NCBI RefSeq assembly: GCF_022045235.1
Contig: NW_027266266.1
Location: forward strand, 4,340,001-4,404,000
Reading direction: 5' to 3'
Length of the DNA: 64,000 bases
Origin: Haliotis cracherodii
Lineage: Eukaryota
A model generated the notes under the pieces. The model saw only the letters and a program-made list of their open reading frames with translations. It was not told the DNA's origin and searched no databases. The position numbers and the translations under genes are program-made. Shown here piece by piece: positions 37,222 through 49,644 of the stretch (its first letter is position 1; the number at the start of each line of letters is the position of its first letter).

Positions 37222-38334
37222 TCAACATTTAGGTGTAATGTCCTCCTCTCCTGCATCTTGATACTCCAACACTGCATCGATGTAGTCCACAGCCAGTTTC
37301 CCTGCCCAGGATTCAAGCTTGTAGTTCTCTATGAATCCACAGTGACCACCCTTCTCTGTCGTCACCAACATCCAGTTAGGCCGCTGGAAATGATCATAGG
37401 GTATGTTGCCAGCAACACAGATCGGATCGTCCAGACTGTTGATACACAACACAGGGGAGACAACTGAATCAACGTTAGCCATTGGGTCGTTGTGCAGCCA
37501 CATGTCATCAACATCCTTGAACCCATGCATCTTGAAGTAAAGGTGACCTTCAAATTCCTCTATAGACTTTGAATTGTAAACAGCTTTGATGTCCACAACT
37601 GGCTTCAGAATATGCTCGTTCGGTTTAACCAAAGAGGTTTTCAGCATATGTAGTATAAATTTCTCATATACGGTGCCCATGGCCTCAAATTCAGGTAGAT
37701 CGAATCCCGACCCTATGAATACAGAGGGGCCGATGTACGACCTCCCAGCGTACTCACCCAAATACCTACTCAGTATAGCCGTTCCTGCGGAGTAAGCAAC
37801 GCCAGCCATGGCAGCATTAGGGAACTTCCGGTGAATATGCTCCACACAGTATCGAAAGTCACTTGTTTCCCCAAAGCACTGGAGACGCGGTGTTGTGAGT
37901 AAGGAACCACAATGACCGCGCCTGTTGAACACTACAACTCTGAATCTCCCGGCCGCCATCTTGCACACTTTGTTGATACCCTCCTTCCCTCCCCCCACCC
38001 CCGGAATTACAACCAACACGGGACTTGTGTCCGTCAGACACGCCTCGTTGTCCAACCAGTCAAGAGAAACGAGACCACCGTCCGGTAAATGTACGTTTTC
38101 TCTCTTGTAGTTCAGAGGCGAGAACTCCAGGCAACAGATAATTGTATGTACATGTCTATTGCCGAGTCCCCACGGCGGGGTGTAAGGTTCTTTCAGCCGT
38201 GGTACTTTATTTATAATGTACTCGTGGAGTTTGGAATCACCATAGAACAGCTTCGGTATAGACTTCCTTCGTCGGAACCCAGCATAATAGGTGTAGACAG
38301 CAAGACAACCGACGCAAATGACCACAAATATCAT
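37222..38334 (-). CDS. ABHD-family alpha/beta hydrolase, copy 2
   Basis: Intact 370-aa paralogue with the same triad motifs. Confidence 0.93.
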   Translation of the reverse strand: MIFVVICVGCLAVYTYYAGFRRRKSIPKLFYGDSKLHEYIINKVPRLKEPYTPPWGLGNRHVHTIICCLEFSPLNYKRENVHLPDGGLVSLDWLDNEACLTDTSPVLVVIPGVGGGKEGINKVCKMAAGRFRVVVFNRRGHCGSLLTTPRLQCFGETSDFRYCVEHIHRKFPNAAMAGVAYSAGTAILSRYLGEYAGRSYIGPSVFIGSGFDLPEFEAMGTVYEKFILHMLKTSLVKPNEHILKPVVDIKAVYNSKSIEEFEGHLYFKMHGFKDVDDMWLHNDPMANVDSVVSPVLCINSLDDPICVAGNIPYDHFQRPNWMLVTTEKGGHCGFIENYKLESWAGKLAVDYIDAVLEYQDAGEEDITPKC

Positions 38335-38399
38335 CTCGACCCTTGCAAGAGAAACAGACCCGATGTGGAATATATATTGCCGACTGACTAACTTTGCGA

Positions 38400-38573
38400 C
38401 GCTTCCCGAACCTTATATAGTAACGCTTCAGCGGCGTCGGCGTCAATACTAATTTAATGGTAATTGATGACACTTCCCATTGCTTATATAGTAACGCTTC
38501 AGCGGCGTCGGCGTCAATACTAATTTAATGGTAATTGATGACGCTTCCCATTGCTTATATAGTAACGCTTCAG

Positions 38574-38610
<37 letters not shown>

Positions 38611-38706
38611 AATACTAATTTAATGGTAATTGATGACGTTTCCCGTTGTTTATATAGTAAAGCTTCAGCGGCGTCGGCGTCAATACAAATTTAATGGTAA
38701 TTGATC
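38400..38706. repeat. 71-bp tandem repeat (4 copies) with internal GGCGTC expansion, upstream of ABHD copy 2 only
   Basis: CTTATATAGTAACGCTTCAGCGGCGTC starts at 38412, 38483 and 38554; single copy in units 1 and 3. Confidence 0.9.
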
Positions 38707-40426
38707 AGTCTCCACTATGAAAAACAGATGGAGAATGGTGGGCTTGGTGTTAATTGATATGTACCTGTGAAGACAATGTTAACTTAAGCAATGGTTGCAC
38801 GCCTGTGCAAAGTCATTGTATTGTGCGGATCCAATTTCAGTAACAATTTGCCAGTAATTTTGTAACTAACCGTAAATTATGACAGTAAAAGAAAAATGTA
38901 ATTTGAACCTCGATTGTATGCTTGTTGCAAACGTCCTGGGCTCCGTTCAACACAACAATCGTAGCTCTAACGTGATCATAATTCCCATTTTTAACAAAGA
39001 CTTACGACTATGTACATGTCAATCGATAGATTCCATTTGAAGCAAATGATATTGAACATTGCCAATTACACATCTGATGAATGATGGAAAAGTATTTATT
39101 TGGAGTATCGTAATGACATTCCGTATCAACTCTCAAACTAAACCGGTTTCGGGAAGGAAATGAATGCTAACCAGATGCTTGAACGGGTTTGTTTTAGTAA
39201 CATTTCGCCACACCTGTCGTCCAAAATGAAGGAACTATTTCGGTTTTAGCAATGTGGTCCAAACATTTAAGTTTTTGACACTGATTAGATGCGGCTGGAG
39301 TTTGATGCTTTACACAAGTACCGATTTCATTTATTTCTATTAATAATGATCTGTATATGAGTGAGTAAGTGCGTTATTTACAATCGTATTTTGGCAACAT
39401 CATGACTTGTTGGCTTCATGTGAAATCATACAACGGAGATGGGTCCCAGTCGTTTGCCAATCACTGCGCATGGATCTGGGTCTGAAAAACCAAACTGCGA
39501 GTTGTCTTTTTTGAAACCGCTTGCTCCTCTGTCTGGAAACATAATTCGCCGCGCGGGGAAACCTGGCTAGAATATATCCCCAGAGACATATAGGTAGCTA
39601 TGCTGATCGAAAGACGCGATATAATGGATTAGGTAGCCACCACACCTGGTTAGTGCACGTCATCATACGCCATTGTGTATATCGTTACTTATAATATTGA
39701 TCGCAAGATTGTCTGATCCAGGCTCGATTATTCAGAGACCGCGGTCAAAGAGTTTGACATTGCTTAGTGGGGCCTTAAACAACAAGCAAAAGACAAATAA
39801 CTTCACTTTGCTTTGGTTAGCGTACCAAGGTCATGAACTGACCATAGTGGACAATGCACAAGTCTTATTGAAAATAGGACCTTTATTGTGCGGACACTGG
39901 AAGACATCGACCCTAGGATTGGACCGTGTGTCCCGAGCTCCGTGAATCGACTCCCCCCTGCATTCGATTCCCGACATGGGTACAATGTGTTAAGCCCATT
40001 ACTGGTGTCCCCCGCCGTGATATTGCTGGAATATTGCTAAAAGTGGTGTAAGACCATACTCATTCACTCAGTCTAGGCGTACGTAATTAGTCCATTGTGA
40101 TGTTTATAAGCCATTTTGAAGTCCTCAAGAACTTTTAGTCTTTCTGACTGAACAATAATTGTAAAATGACCAAAATATTTTGTCATTTTGTGAAGTGAAA
40201 ATTTCAGGTATCTTAAACATTGACTGATTTTACACATGCACTCTAACATACATTTGTTCCAGGGTTTAATACAAGATACAGTAACTACTGAGTTACGGTT
40301 AGATCTAATACATAGATACAACCTTATTAGACGAAATCATTTCAATATCAAAAGAATTACAAACACAAGTTAACAGTGGAATGACAGCAATGTACATAAA
40401 GGTGTGTGTTACCGAATCACGCATAG

Positions 40427-40427
<1 letters not shown>

Positions 40428-40489
<62 letters not shown>

Positions 40490-40575
40490 TGCTTGTACTG
40501 GTCTGGTGAGGTGAGGTGAAATTGGGTTTAAGATAGCGTCCAAGATTATTACACTTATATAACGACAACATGCGT

Positions 40576-40655
<80 letters not shown>
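40428..40655. repeat. (TG)n microsatellites associated with a family C SINE
   Basis: Two long TG runs, 40428-40487 and 40579-40654. Confidence 0.95.
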
Positions 40656-40656
<1 letters not shown>

Positions 40657-42379
40657 TGATTGTTCTAGTCCGGATTGATGCCGATTTATAGTGCTAGCCC
40701 ACTGAGATACCATGCTGCAGGTTAACATGAATACCCCACTCAGACACTGTATACTGACTCCGAGCCGACCAGTCCTTGTTTTAGCCCCTTAATGCCGAGC
40801 GCCAGACAGGGTAACAACAAGCACCTTCTTTTAACGTCTTTTGGTATGACGCGGACGGGGATCGATCCCGGACCTTCCGCTCTCCGGGCGGACGCTCTAC
40901 CACTAGAGGTCGGTACACGTAGGTGGTCTACATGAAACTAGATAAAATGTGGAGATGAGTAATGTCATATATGTTTTCGCTGGATATTGTGACATTCTGC
41001 GTACTTACACGGGGGAAATTTGCGAATTAAGTGGATGTGTGGTTAGAAATAGGAGAATTTGTATTTGAGTCGAGAAAGAAAATAGATAATTGCTCTTATT
41101 TCAAGTTTCCGCTTCCCACTTCATTGGAAAATATACATGCTCCGTACACAAGTACCTAAATACCCACATCCCAATACTAACGCCTCAATCAGGGCAATGT
41201 GTGTGGTGGCATGGAAATATATACAGTATGGAACTGAATAATGACAAATGTGTTTGAGACATTCTGCGTGCTTACACGTGAGAAATTAATGAAATAAGTG
41301 AATAAATGGTTAAAAATAAGGAAATGAATTTACTGATGTCAACTACTTTATTACGAGGAACACAATGTTGAGGAGTATATACTCACTCCTTCATCAGGTG
41401 TTCCTCATAATACAGATGTTGGCATTCATAAATTCTCTTCCTTGTGAGTATCACTTTTAAATGCCTTTTAAAGGCTGGGTTAGAAATAGAATATATATTT
41501 GAGTGTAAAACCTAAAGAGATGATGCAAACTTGACTTTATCGGTATTAAATATAATTACCATTTAAAAGTAATATTTGTACTAAAATTCACTTTAACGAG
41601 GCAATGAAACATTAATCTATCATCATTCAACCCTGCACAGTTATTAATTATCCACATGAAAGTGACCTTCCTACTTCACATGTCTGTACATCATTTGCTT
41701 GATAACGGTGTAAGTATCTTCACCGAAACGATGCAGTCATAGAAATATCCTTATAACTATCTCTCTTGTTCATCATGCCATTAGTTAACCTCTTTAGTTG
41801 TAAGCATACTACAGTGAACTTTTGTATCAATAAAAGCGACAACGCCCTTTCATTATTCACAGGAATTCTCTGTCTAAACTGTCGATAGTACGATTCCGAC
41901 AATATGGTGAGCATGTGTTTATGAATCCCTATCAAATAGTGATGATACCAGGTGCTGCGAAAACATGTGCAATCTTCTATGTGAAATACACATTGCGATC
42001 TTCTTGGCTTGGTGGTGTTGGGAACTTGGGGTCTGCAGTAATAATATTCATGATATTCTTCAATGTGCACTTTAAGGGCGTTTGTGAAACCCTATACAAA
42101 ATCAGGGGAGTCAAACTATGCATATTATGCTATCTAAGGTAAACTATTGCACGATATATTTGTTATCCCCGTTCTTCATCCAGACTTCCTCTATTAACAT
42201 TCACACTGGTTCTTCCACAATTTTGTTCATCATGGCTGCAATGTCGGCCGTATTGAAAATTAGATTCGAAACTAATTCAGATGACGTGATTAGTGGGAAA
42301 AGGCATGTAAAGCTTGGGTGAGTGAGTGTGTTGGGTTTAACGCGGCTTTTAACAGTACCCCAGTTATATCAGGGTGTTT

Positions 42380-42590
42380 AAAGCTTGGGATTCCTTGGAA
42401 TGACTTCTTTCTAAACGTTCGTCCACACATCCAGTAGTGCCCTTGTCAATGTAGTGTTGTTGGTCTTCAATGGTCTTTGTTTTCCCATATGTTATAAATT
42501 ATGCCATAATTTAGATATTATTGCCTTAAGTATCTAGAAGGAACTTCAAAGATATGTTTCCTTCACACATCTTCTTAAGTTGGTTGAACT
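42380..42590 (-). pseudogene. Relic of the zinc-finger gene 5' region/N-terminus
   Basis: GATATTA.TGCCTTAAGTATCTAG..GAACTTCAAAGAT.TGTTT.CCTTCACACATCTTCTTAAGTTGGTT matches 55799-55871. Translation GCVDERLERSHSKE aligns to [17 protein letters not shown]; stops follow. Confidence 0.7.
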
Positions 42591-43625
42591 TTTGGCATGA
42601 CTCTTAAACCTTTAGACTGAATCGAATGCTCCATACAAAAACAGGATCCATACAAAAAGATCTATTACTGGGTCCAGCAAATGTACCGCCATATCCTGGT
42701 CTCAAAGATTAACCATAATCCTTAATACCATCAAGGAAGGGCTTCCTGTATTTCCAAATAAAGTATTTGAGACAAGTGGAATTAGTACCAAAACTTCAAA
42801 CTATTAGCTTGACTTTCTCAGAAAAGAACAAACTTCAATTCTGTCAAAACATTTGATTTTTCAACTTTGTACACCATTATCTCACACGGCAAACTTTTAG
42901 AAATAATCCATTCTTTGATCCATGGGGCGTTTGTTACAAAACAAGAAGTGTATCTTCAGCTTTAGGTATATCAATGATCTGATATCATTCAATTTCCTTC
43001 AAATAGCCACGTCCCTTCCACTGATTTACCCACCTGAACTAGAAATAAAGGATACCACCTCATATGTTTCATATTTAGATCTATGCATAAACGTTCAGAG
43101 TGACAAAACGCTCTCCACAAGACTGTATGACAAGAGGGATGATTTCACCTTTTCCCATTATATCAAGCAATATTCCTGTAGCCCCAGTCTTTACATTTCA
43201 CTTTTGAGGTACAATCGAGTATGATCTTTCTACTTGGATTTCAAGGAAGTTGTTTGATCAAAGTTACATCATAAAAGCCCTCTGTAAAACTTTTGAAAAG
43301 TTTTGAGGTAGACAAGTGGAGGACATTCGACGCACAGATGACAAAAATTATCTCGAGGAATGTTATTCCCTATCTTTACTTGTACCATAATATATGTTCC
43401 CGTATTTTTTCAGGGAAATATTTTTGACTTGCCTTTGCATGTTTTTGTGACTGGTGCCACCGTTTGGGCAGTAGAACCTCACCTTCTCGTGATCACTTGG
43501 TATAATCACTATTTGATGGTGATTTATGATATCATGATTTCGGCGGAATCCTAAATCGATTCTGCAGATATTTCTTATGGATATGGAAAGGGTTTTGTCG
43601 CGTTTATATATACCATTATTTCTTT
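42590..43625 (+). mobile_element. Penelope-like RT relic (duplicated unit 2)
   Basis: FRYINDLISFN...IYPPELEIKDTT..VSYLDL...LSTRLYDKRDDFTF. Confidence 0.8.
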
Positions 43626-44609
43626 AAAATGTTAAAACTGCGTAAGAAATAAGATATTGTTTGCGTCATTGCTAACAAACAGTACTGAGATGCAAATACG
43701 CTCTAAGTAGAACCCCAAATTCAGTGAATCCAGGATTCAAACCCATGACTCAGGAGATCAAAGGGATGGGACCCCTGATAACCTTCTCAGTCAGCCATAC
43801 GTATATCAATCATTTAACATGTCATTATGGTGACATTTCTAAAATCTACATTTGATATTTCTCAGTAGTATCAAGAATTGCCCCCAAATACAAAACGCCA
43901 ACGTCAGAGTATAATCAGTGTCGATTATCTGCCGAAACAGATTCTTGACCAATGTCCAGTAAAAAAGGAAGTTTTTGTTAACTTACGCTGTATAAAAGTA
44001 CGCCCGCTATACTAGGGTGGCCTGTAAACAATCGAGTCAGTCCAGAGCTTGTAGACCAGACAATTCAGCGACACGATAGTGCGTTTACTGATGTTATTGA
44101 AACTAAAAATAATAAATGTACAAGTGCAGAGATCCTTCTGCTTACAAAGAAAGAATCACAAAAGAAATACTATTATGAAACTCAGGGATTTAATATCTAC
44201 GCAGTTCAAATAAAACATACGTCAACGATGGGTGATGGGTGTAACATAATTTGAGAATCAACAATGAGATATTATACATCATCTATCCTGAGTGAGTGAT
44301 TGCTAGACGCTCATGGCGAGTTACAGCATGGACAGGTAATCTGTAATCCCGAATTACTCAGTATCAGTTTAAAAAAGAAAATGAAGGTAAATCGTAAAAA
44401 ATTTCAGGGTTACTGAGAAAATCTTAACTGAAGCCAGCAAATTGCTCAGATGACGTAATATTATCAATTTGTTACGACATGAACAATGGATGACGTCAAA
44501 GTGTATGTTTTAACAATTAAGCACTGTGGCTTCATCAACTGGCCAATCAACATTCAGAATCACTAAAATGTTTTTGTGATTATATCAGAAAGTGGTGTCA
44601 CACGATATC

Positions 44610-45722
44610 TCAACATTTAGGTGTAATGTCCTCCTCTCCTGCATCTTGATACTCTAACACTGCATCTATGTAGTCCACAGCCAGTTTCCCTGCCCAGGAT
44701 TCAAGCTTGTAGTTCTCTATGAATCCACAGTGACCACCCTTCTCTGTCGTCACCAACATCCAGTTAGGCCGCTGGAAATGATCATAGGGTATGTTGCCAG
44801 CAACACAGATCGGATCGTCCAGACTGTTGATACACAACACAGGGGAGACAACTGAATCAACGTTAGCCATTGGGTCGTTGTGCACCCACATGTCCTCAGC
44901 GTTCTTGAACCCATGCATCTTGAAGTAAAGGTGACCCTCAAATTCTTCTATAGACTTTGAATTGTAAACAGCTTTGATGTCCACAACTGGCTTCAGAATA
45001 TGCTCGTTCGGTTTAACCAAAGACGTTTTCAGCATATATACTATAAATTTCTCATATACGGTGATCATGGACTCAAATTCAGGTAGATCGAATCCCGACC
45101 CAATGAATACAGAGGGGCCGATGTACGACCTCCCAGCGTACTCACCCAAATACCTACTCAGTATAGCCGTTCCTGCGGAGTAAGCAACGCCAGCCATGGC
45201 AGTATTAGGGAACTTCCGGTGAATATGCTCCACACAGTATCGAAAGTCACTTGTTTCCCCAAAGCACTGGAGACGCGGTGTTGTGAGTAAGGAACCACAA
45301 TGACCGCGCCTGTTGAACACTACAACTCTGAATCTCCCGGCCGCTATCTTGCACACATTGCTAATACCCCCCTTCCCTCCCCCCACCCCTGGAATTACGA
45401 CCAACACGGGACTTGTGTCCGTCAGACACGCCTCGTTGTCCAACCAGTCAAGAGAAACGAGACCACCGTCCGGTAAATGTACGTTTTCTCTCTTGTAGTT
45501 CAGAGGCGAGAACTCCAGGCAACAGATAATTGTATGTACATGTCTATTGCCGAGTCCCCACGGCGGGGTGTAAGGTTCTTTCAGCCGTGGTACTTTATTT
45601 ATAATGTACTCGTGGAGTTTGGAATCACCATAGAACAGCTTCGGTGTAGACTTCCTTCGTCGGAACCCAGCATAATAGGTGTAGACGGCAAGACAACCGA
45701 CGCAAAGGACCACAAATATCAT
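44610..45722 (-). CDS. ABHD-family alpha/beta hydrolase, copy 3
   Basis: Intact 370-aa paralogue from the first ATG (the ORF-track start at 45758 is TTG). Confidence 0.93.
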   Translation of the reverse strand: MIFVVLCVGCLAVYTYYAGFRRRKSTPKLFYGDSKLHEYIINKVPRLKEPYTPPWGLGNRHVHTIICCLEFSPLNYKRENVHLPDGGLVSLDWLDNEACLTDTSPVLVVIPGVGGGKGGISNVCKIAAGRFRVVVFNRRGHCGSLLTTPRLQCFGETSDFRYCVEHIHRKFPNTAMAGVAYSAGTAILSRYLGEYAGRSYIGPSVFIGSGFDLPEFESMITVYEKFIVYMLKTSLVKPNEHILKPVVDIKAVYNSKSIEEFEGHLYFKMHGFKNAEDMWVHNDPMANVDSVVSPVLCINSLDDPICVAGNIPYDHFQRPNWMLVTTEKGGHCGFIENYKLESWAGKLAVDYIDAVLEYQDAGEEDITPKC

Positions 45723-47621
45723 CTCGACCCTTGTGAGAGAAACAGATCTGATTTGCAATATCTATATCGACAAAAGTCGACTGTCCAACGGCGGCGTTTT
45801 CCGATGTTAATATAGTAACGGTTTAATGGCGTCGGCGTCAATACTAATTTGATGATAATTGGCGTGCTTCCATTATGAATAACAGACGTTTTCACACATG
45901 CACAGCACGTGGACGTGATGATAATTGTTATGTTCCTGTAGAGACAATGCTGTCCTTTAACGTTATGATGGCTGTACCCATTCGCAATATCAATGTATTG
46001 TGCGGATTCAATTTCAGTGGCCATTTACCCACAGCATTTTAATTAAAGGTAAAATTATGACAGTAACAGACAAATGTTCATGCTAGTTTCAAAAGTCCAG
46101 GGGTCCGTTCCACAAAGCGACCTTCGCGCTCAGGTGATCGTAACGACTGACGACTTCTTGGCATCAGTATTAATTAAGTGATTAAAACTCTCCACTATGT
46201 ACGTGCCAATCGATAGATTCAACTTTAAGCAAATGATATTTTCCACTGCCATTTTTAGATCTTTAGGGTCACTGCTGCGTCCAATCAGGTTGCAACTCTC
46301 TATTATATTTAACGGTAACTCATTAGTTATTGTACCTTGTACACAGAGACAGATCAAACTCGATCTAAGTTATGGAAAGTAGAAATTACATTTTTATTTC
46401 AAACACATCTGTGGAGCTACCTCAACCACTATGCATACAGATCATAAGAAAGATGATTCAATCACGTTGGTATTGGTGTATAAAGTCAAACAGATTTATA
46501 CAAACACAGCGTGATGCAGAGCTTCATCATCCAAGCACATCAATCAGCATAATAATGTTGAAAAATGTTTGGACCACAGTGCTAAATTGAAATAGTCCCT
46601 TCATTTTGGAAAACAGATTTGGCGAAATAGTACGTGAAACAAAGCCGTTCCAGTGCCTGGTTTGCATTGCGCTTCTTGTCGATAATGGTTGCAATTTCAG
46701 TGTTGATGCAGAATGTTGTCATTGTTTAAAAACATTGGAAACAGGAAATAAATAATGTTAATAATCAGAAAAGACCATGTTGTGAAAAATAGGGTATGTT
46801 GTGTAAATAGGGTGTAAATATCGTCGAAAGTACACAATAGTGTTAATATCGAATGAATTGTAAACATTATGCAACAGAATGCATTGGCAGCAATCTACAC
46901 GTGTTTATGTGTTTACATAAACGTGTGTGTTATCGAATCATGCAGAGATGTCAAATCTTATCAACTTTTGCATTTCAAAAGAAAAATACGAAATATATTT
47001 TAAGCTAAAACATTTAAAATCCAAGTGTTTATACACAATATTAGAGGAGTAAGTAAGGATAAGAATTTATGGATGAACAACTTCTTTATTACATTCATCC
47101 ATAAATTCTTATCCTTACTTAGTACTCCAACTTCTAAATGCCTATCAAAGAAGAAATATTAGAGGAGCTGTATAGATGCATTGCACACACTGATGAAACT
47201 AGTTTCAGTTCAGGTTGACACAGTTTCCAGCAAAGGACGAAAACGTGATTGATATTATGAGCAAGGACCCACGCCTTCTGGTATGGTATTGCGTCCCTTG
47301 GGCACGCCAGAAACCTATGATTGTGGGTTCGAATCCCGGTTCGCCCCGACTATGTTTTTAGGTTTGTCAACACCATACCCGTGCTCGTAGGTTTCACCGA
47401 GGTGGTAAACGTCTGAGACCTGCATCACTTCGGGCTTTCCTCCCTTATTAAGCTGACACGCCGCGATAAAACTTGAATACTGTTAAAAGCGTCGTTAAAC
47501 CCAACTCACTCACTCACTCTGGTATGGTAACACTCAATGACCTCATCCATTTGGTCGCCTTTAATGATCAGCATTGGTTACTGGAGACCAACTGGAACCC
47601 GGTATCCCACGTCTGACATTA

Positions 47622-47734
47622 TCACAGAGAACATCTAAGTTCAAGCCCCGTTCCATCCAAATGCTCTCTTATTGCGTCGTCAAATTCTTCGTCTTGTGTC
47701 ACTGTGAGCCAGTTCTTCCATTCTCCTACCTGAC
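47622..47734 (-). CDS. Second sulfotransferase-like gene, last exon
   Basis: GQVGEWKNWLTVTQDEEFDDAIREHLDGTGLELRCSL*; 113 bp and phase 1, identical in length to the last exon of the first SULT; ttgtag acceptor. Confidence 0.8.
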
Positions 47735-48364
47735 CTACAACGCATGAACAATGAATCAGCAAGACGCATCGTCGGTAGCACACATATGACTGAATCAACA
47801 TTCTTAATTATGGTTCTTGTTTGTCTCCACAGCAATATTGTTGCCATAACAGAGCCGCCTGTATATATACCCCATCTGGGTAAGGCTAACCAGTGTACCC
47901 TGTCTGGTTCGATCCCCGGCAGCGTCATACCAAAAGACGTTAAAAGGTGGTACTTGTTGTTACCCTGCCTGGCGCTCGGCATTAAGGGGCTAAAACAAGG
48001 ACCGGTCGGCTCGGAGTCAGTATACTGTGTCTGAGTGGGGTATTCATGTTAAACTGCGGCATGGTATCTCAGTGAGCTAGCACTATAAATCGGCATCAAT
48101 CCGGACTAGTACAAGCAGCCACACAAACACACACGTACATGCACGTCGCTATAAAAGTGCTATAATCTTGGACGCGACGTTAAACCCCATTTCACCTCAC
48201 CTCACCATCCAGTGATGGTATGGTATTGATATCCGTAGGGTACGATGACACGCAACGTGACAGGTCCAGACAACCCCATCCCCATTTCAAAGGGCTCTGA
48301 CTACAAGTTTTTAGAGACTCGGATTCGCCATTGCGACGTTATTAATTACACTCTACTATGTATA

Positions 48365-49260
48365 TTAGTATCTGAACAACAGCGACAATAATCCACATTC
48401 CATAATCATAAGAAATAGTGTACAATGTGCAATTCCGAAATTACCATAAGCATGTGTATATGAATCACTATCATATGGTGATGATACCAGGTGTTCGCGA
48501 AAGGATGGGCTTATCTTCCCCAACCAATGGCACATGCTACAAGCACATGCAAAGGCCAATCAACTGTTTCCCTTAAAAAAGGGACTTGCATTGGACATCA
48601 GTTTTGTCACTGACGCATCAAATTTGAAAGTTTGCTCAACCATGAGACATAATGAAAGCGTCACTCAGGCCTTGAATGTTGTAACACTGATCAAACAACT
48701 CTTAAACAGAAGTCGCCCATTGAAGTCATTGAGGTGAGGTGAAATGGGGTTTAACGTCGCGCCCGAGATTATTGCACTTATAAAGCGACGTGTATGCGCG
48801 TGTGGGTGTGGCTGCTTGTACTAGTCCGGACTCATGCCGATTTATAGTGCTAGCCCACGGACTGAGATACCCTGCGGCAGTTTAACATGAACACCCCACT
48901 CAGAAACAATATACTCCGACTCCGAGCCGACTAGTCCTTGTTTTAGCCCCTAATGCCGAGCGCTAGAGAGGGTAACAACAAGTGCCATCTTTTAACGTCT
49001 TTTTGAAGTGTTTGAAGAAAGAGCATGTTTGATTGTACCTCGAAAGGTGTGAAATGTTGAGACCAAAGTCTGAAGCTGATGGCATATTGATCGTCATAAA
49101 GGGAATGTTGACTATTAGAAAGTTGTCATACAGTCCAGTGGATATGTTTTCGTTACTCTCAGTATTTCAGCTATCTATTTTAATCTTCTTGATGAATCAA
49201 CTTTATTATAATTAAACCATGGCGAAACTTTAGTCAGTTTCTTGGTCGTGTTAATACGAA
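48365..49260 (-). mobile_element. Penelope-like relic interrupted by a truncated family C SINE (48731-49003)
   Basis: Reverse-complement similarity to 7300-7700 (GATACCAGGTGTTCGCGAAAGG, CCTTGAATGTTGT..C.TGATC.AACAA). Confidence 0.6.
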
Positions 49261-49463
49261 TGTGCAGGTGATATGTTATCGAGATGTCTGCGCCTTTGGT
49301 TTAAGGACTTTGGGGGGAAATCAGCCCAGCTTGTGCAATCGCGCCTTTGCATTGAACACTGATGCTGAGAGAGTTTAATCCCCTTTGGAAAACATGGTGA
49401 GTACGCCCGGAGAAGCTCAGACTTGCTCGGGTGGCGTATGTCATTATTAAATCAGTAACTCAC

Positions 49464-49644
49464 CCTCGGTGTCGTACATGTCTGACGTGAGGGGCATGCC
49501 GTCACAGTGGGCCTCCGTCTTTACACGTTTAGCTGGCTGCATTTTGCTGGTATCACAGGTCGCCTCCACCATGTCGCCTATAGCTTCTTCATCCATGTCA
49601 AGATCCAGAAACTTGCACAGACCTCGCGTTTGTTTGTAGGGGTT
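49464..49644 (-). CDS. Second sulfotransferase-like gene, penultimate exon (possibly pseudogene)
   Basis: NPYKQTRGLCKFLDLDMDEEAIGDMVEATC...MYDTEG; gacag acceptor, G|gtgagt donor, phases 0/1 as in SULT exon 4. Upstream exons not found. Confidence 0.7.

Larger units (their letters stand above)
28560..47270. repeat. Tandem segmental duplication carrying the ABHD genes (offsets 8563 and 7388 bp)
   Basis: Collinear blocks, e.g. 28560-31150 with 37120-39960, 32320-33340 with 40735-41885, and 36610-37200 with 43995-44600. Diverged matches reach 47270 (32030-32130 with 47160-47270). Confidence 0.9.

Noticed and set aside
47185-47260. Hammerhead from CTGATGA...CGAAA
   Set aside because: No convincing stems I-III, and the homologous block at 32050-32110 lacks CTGATGA.
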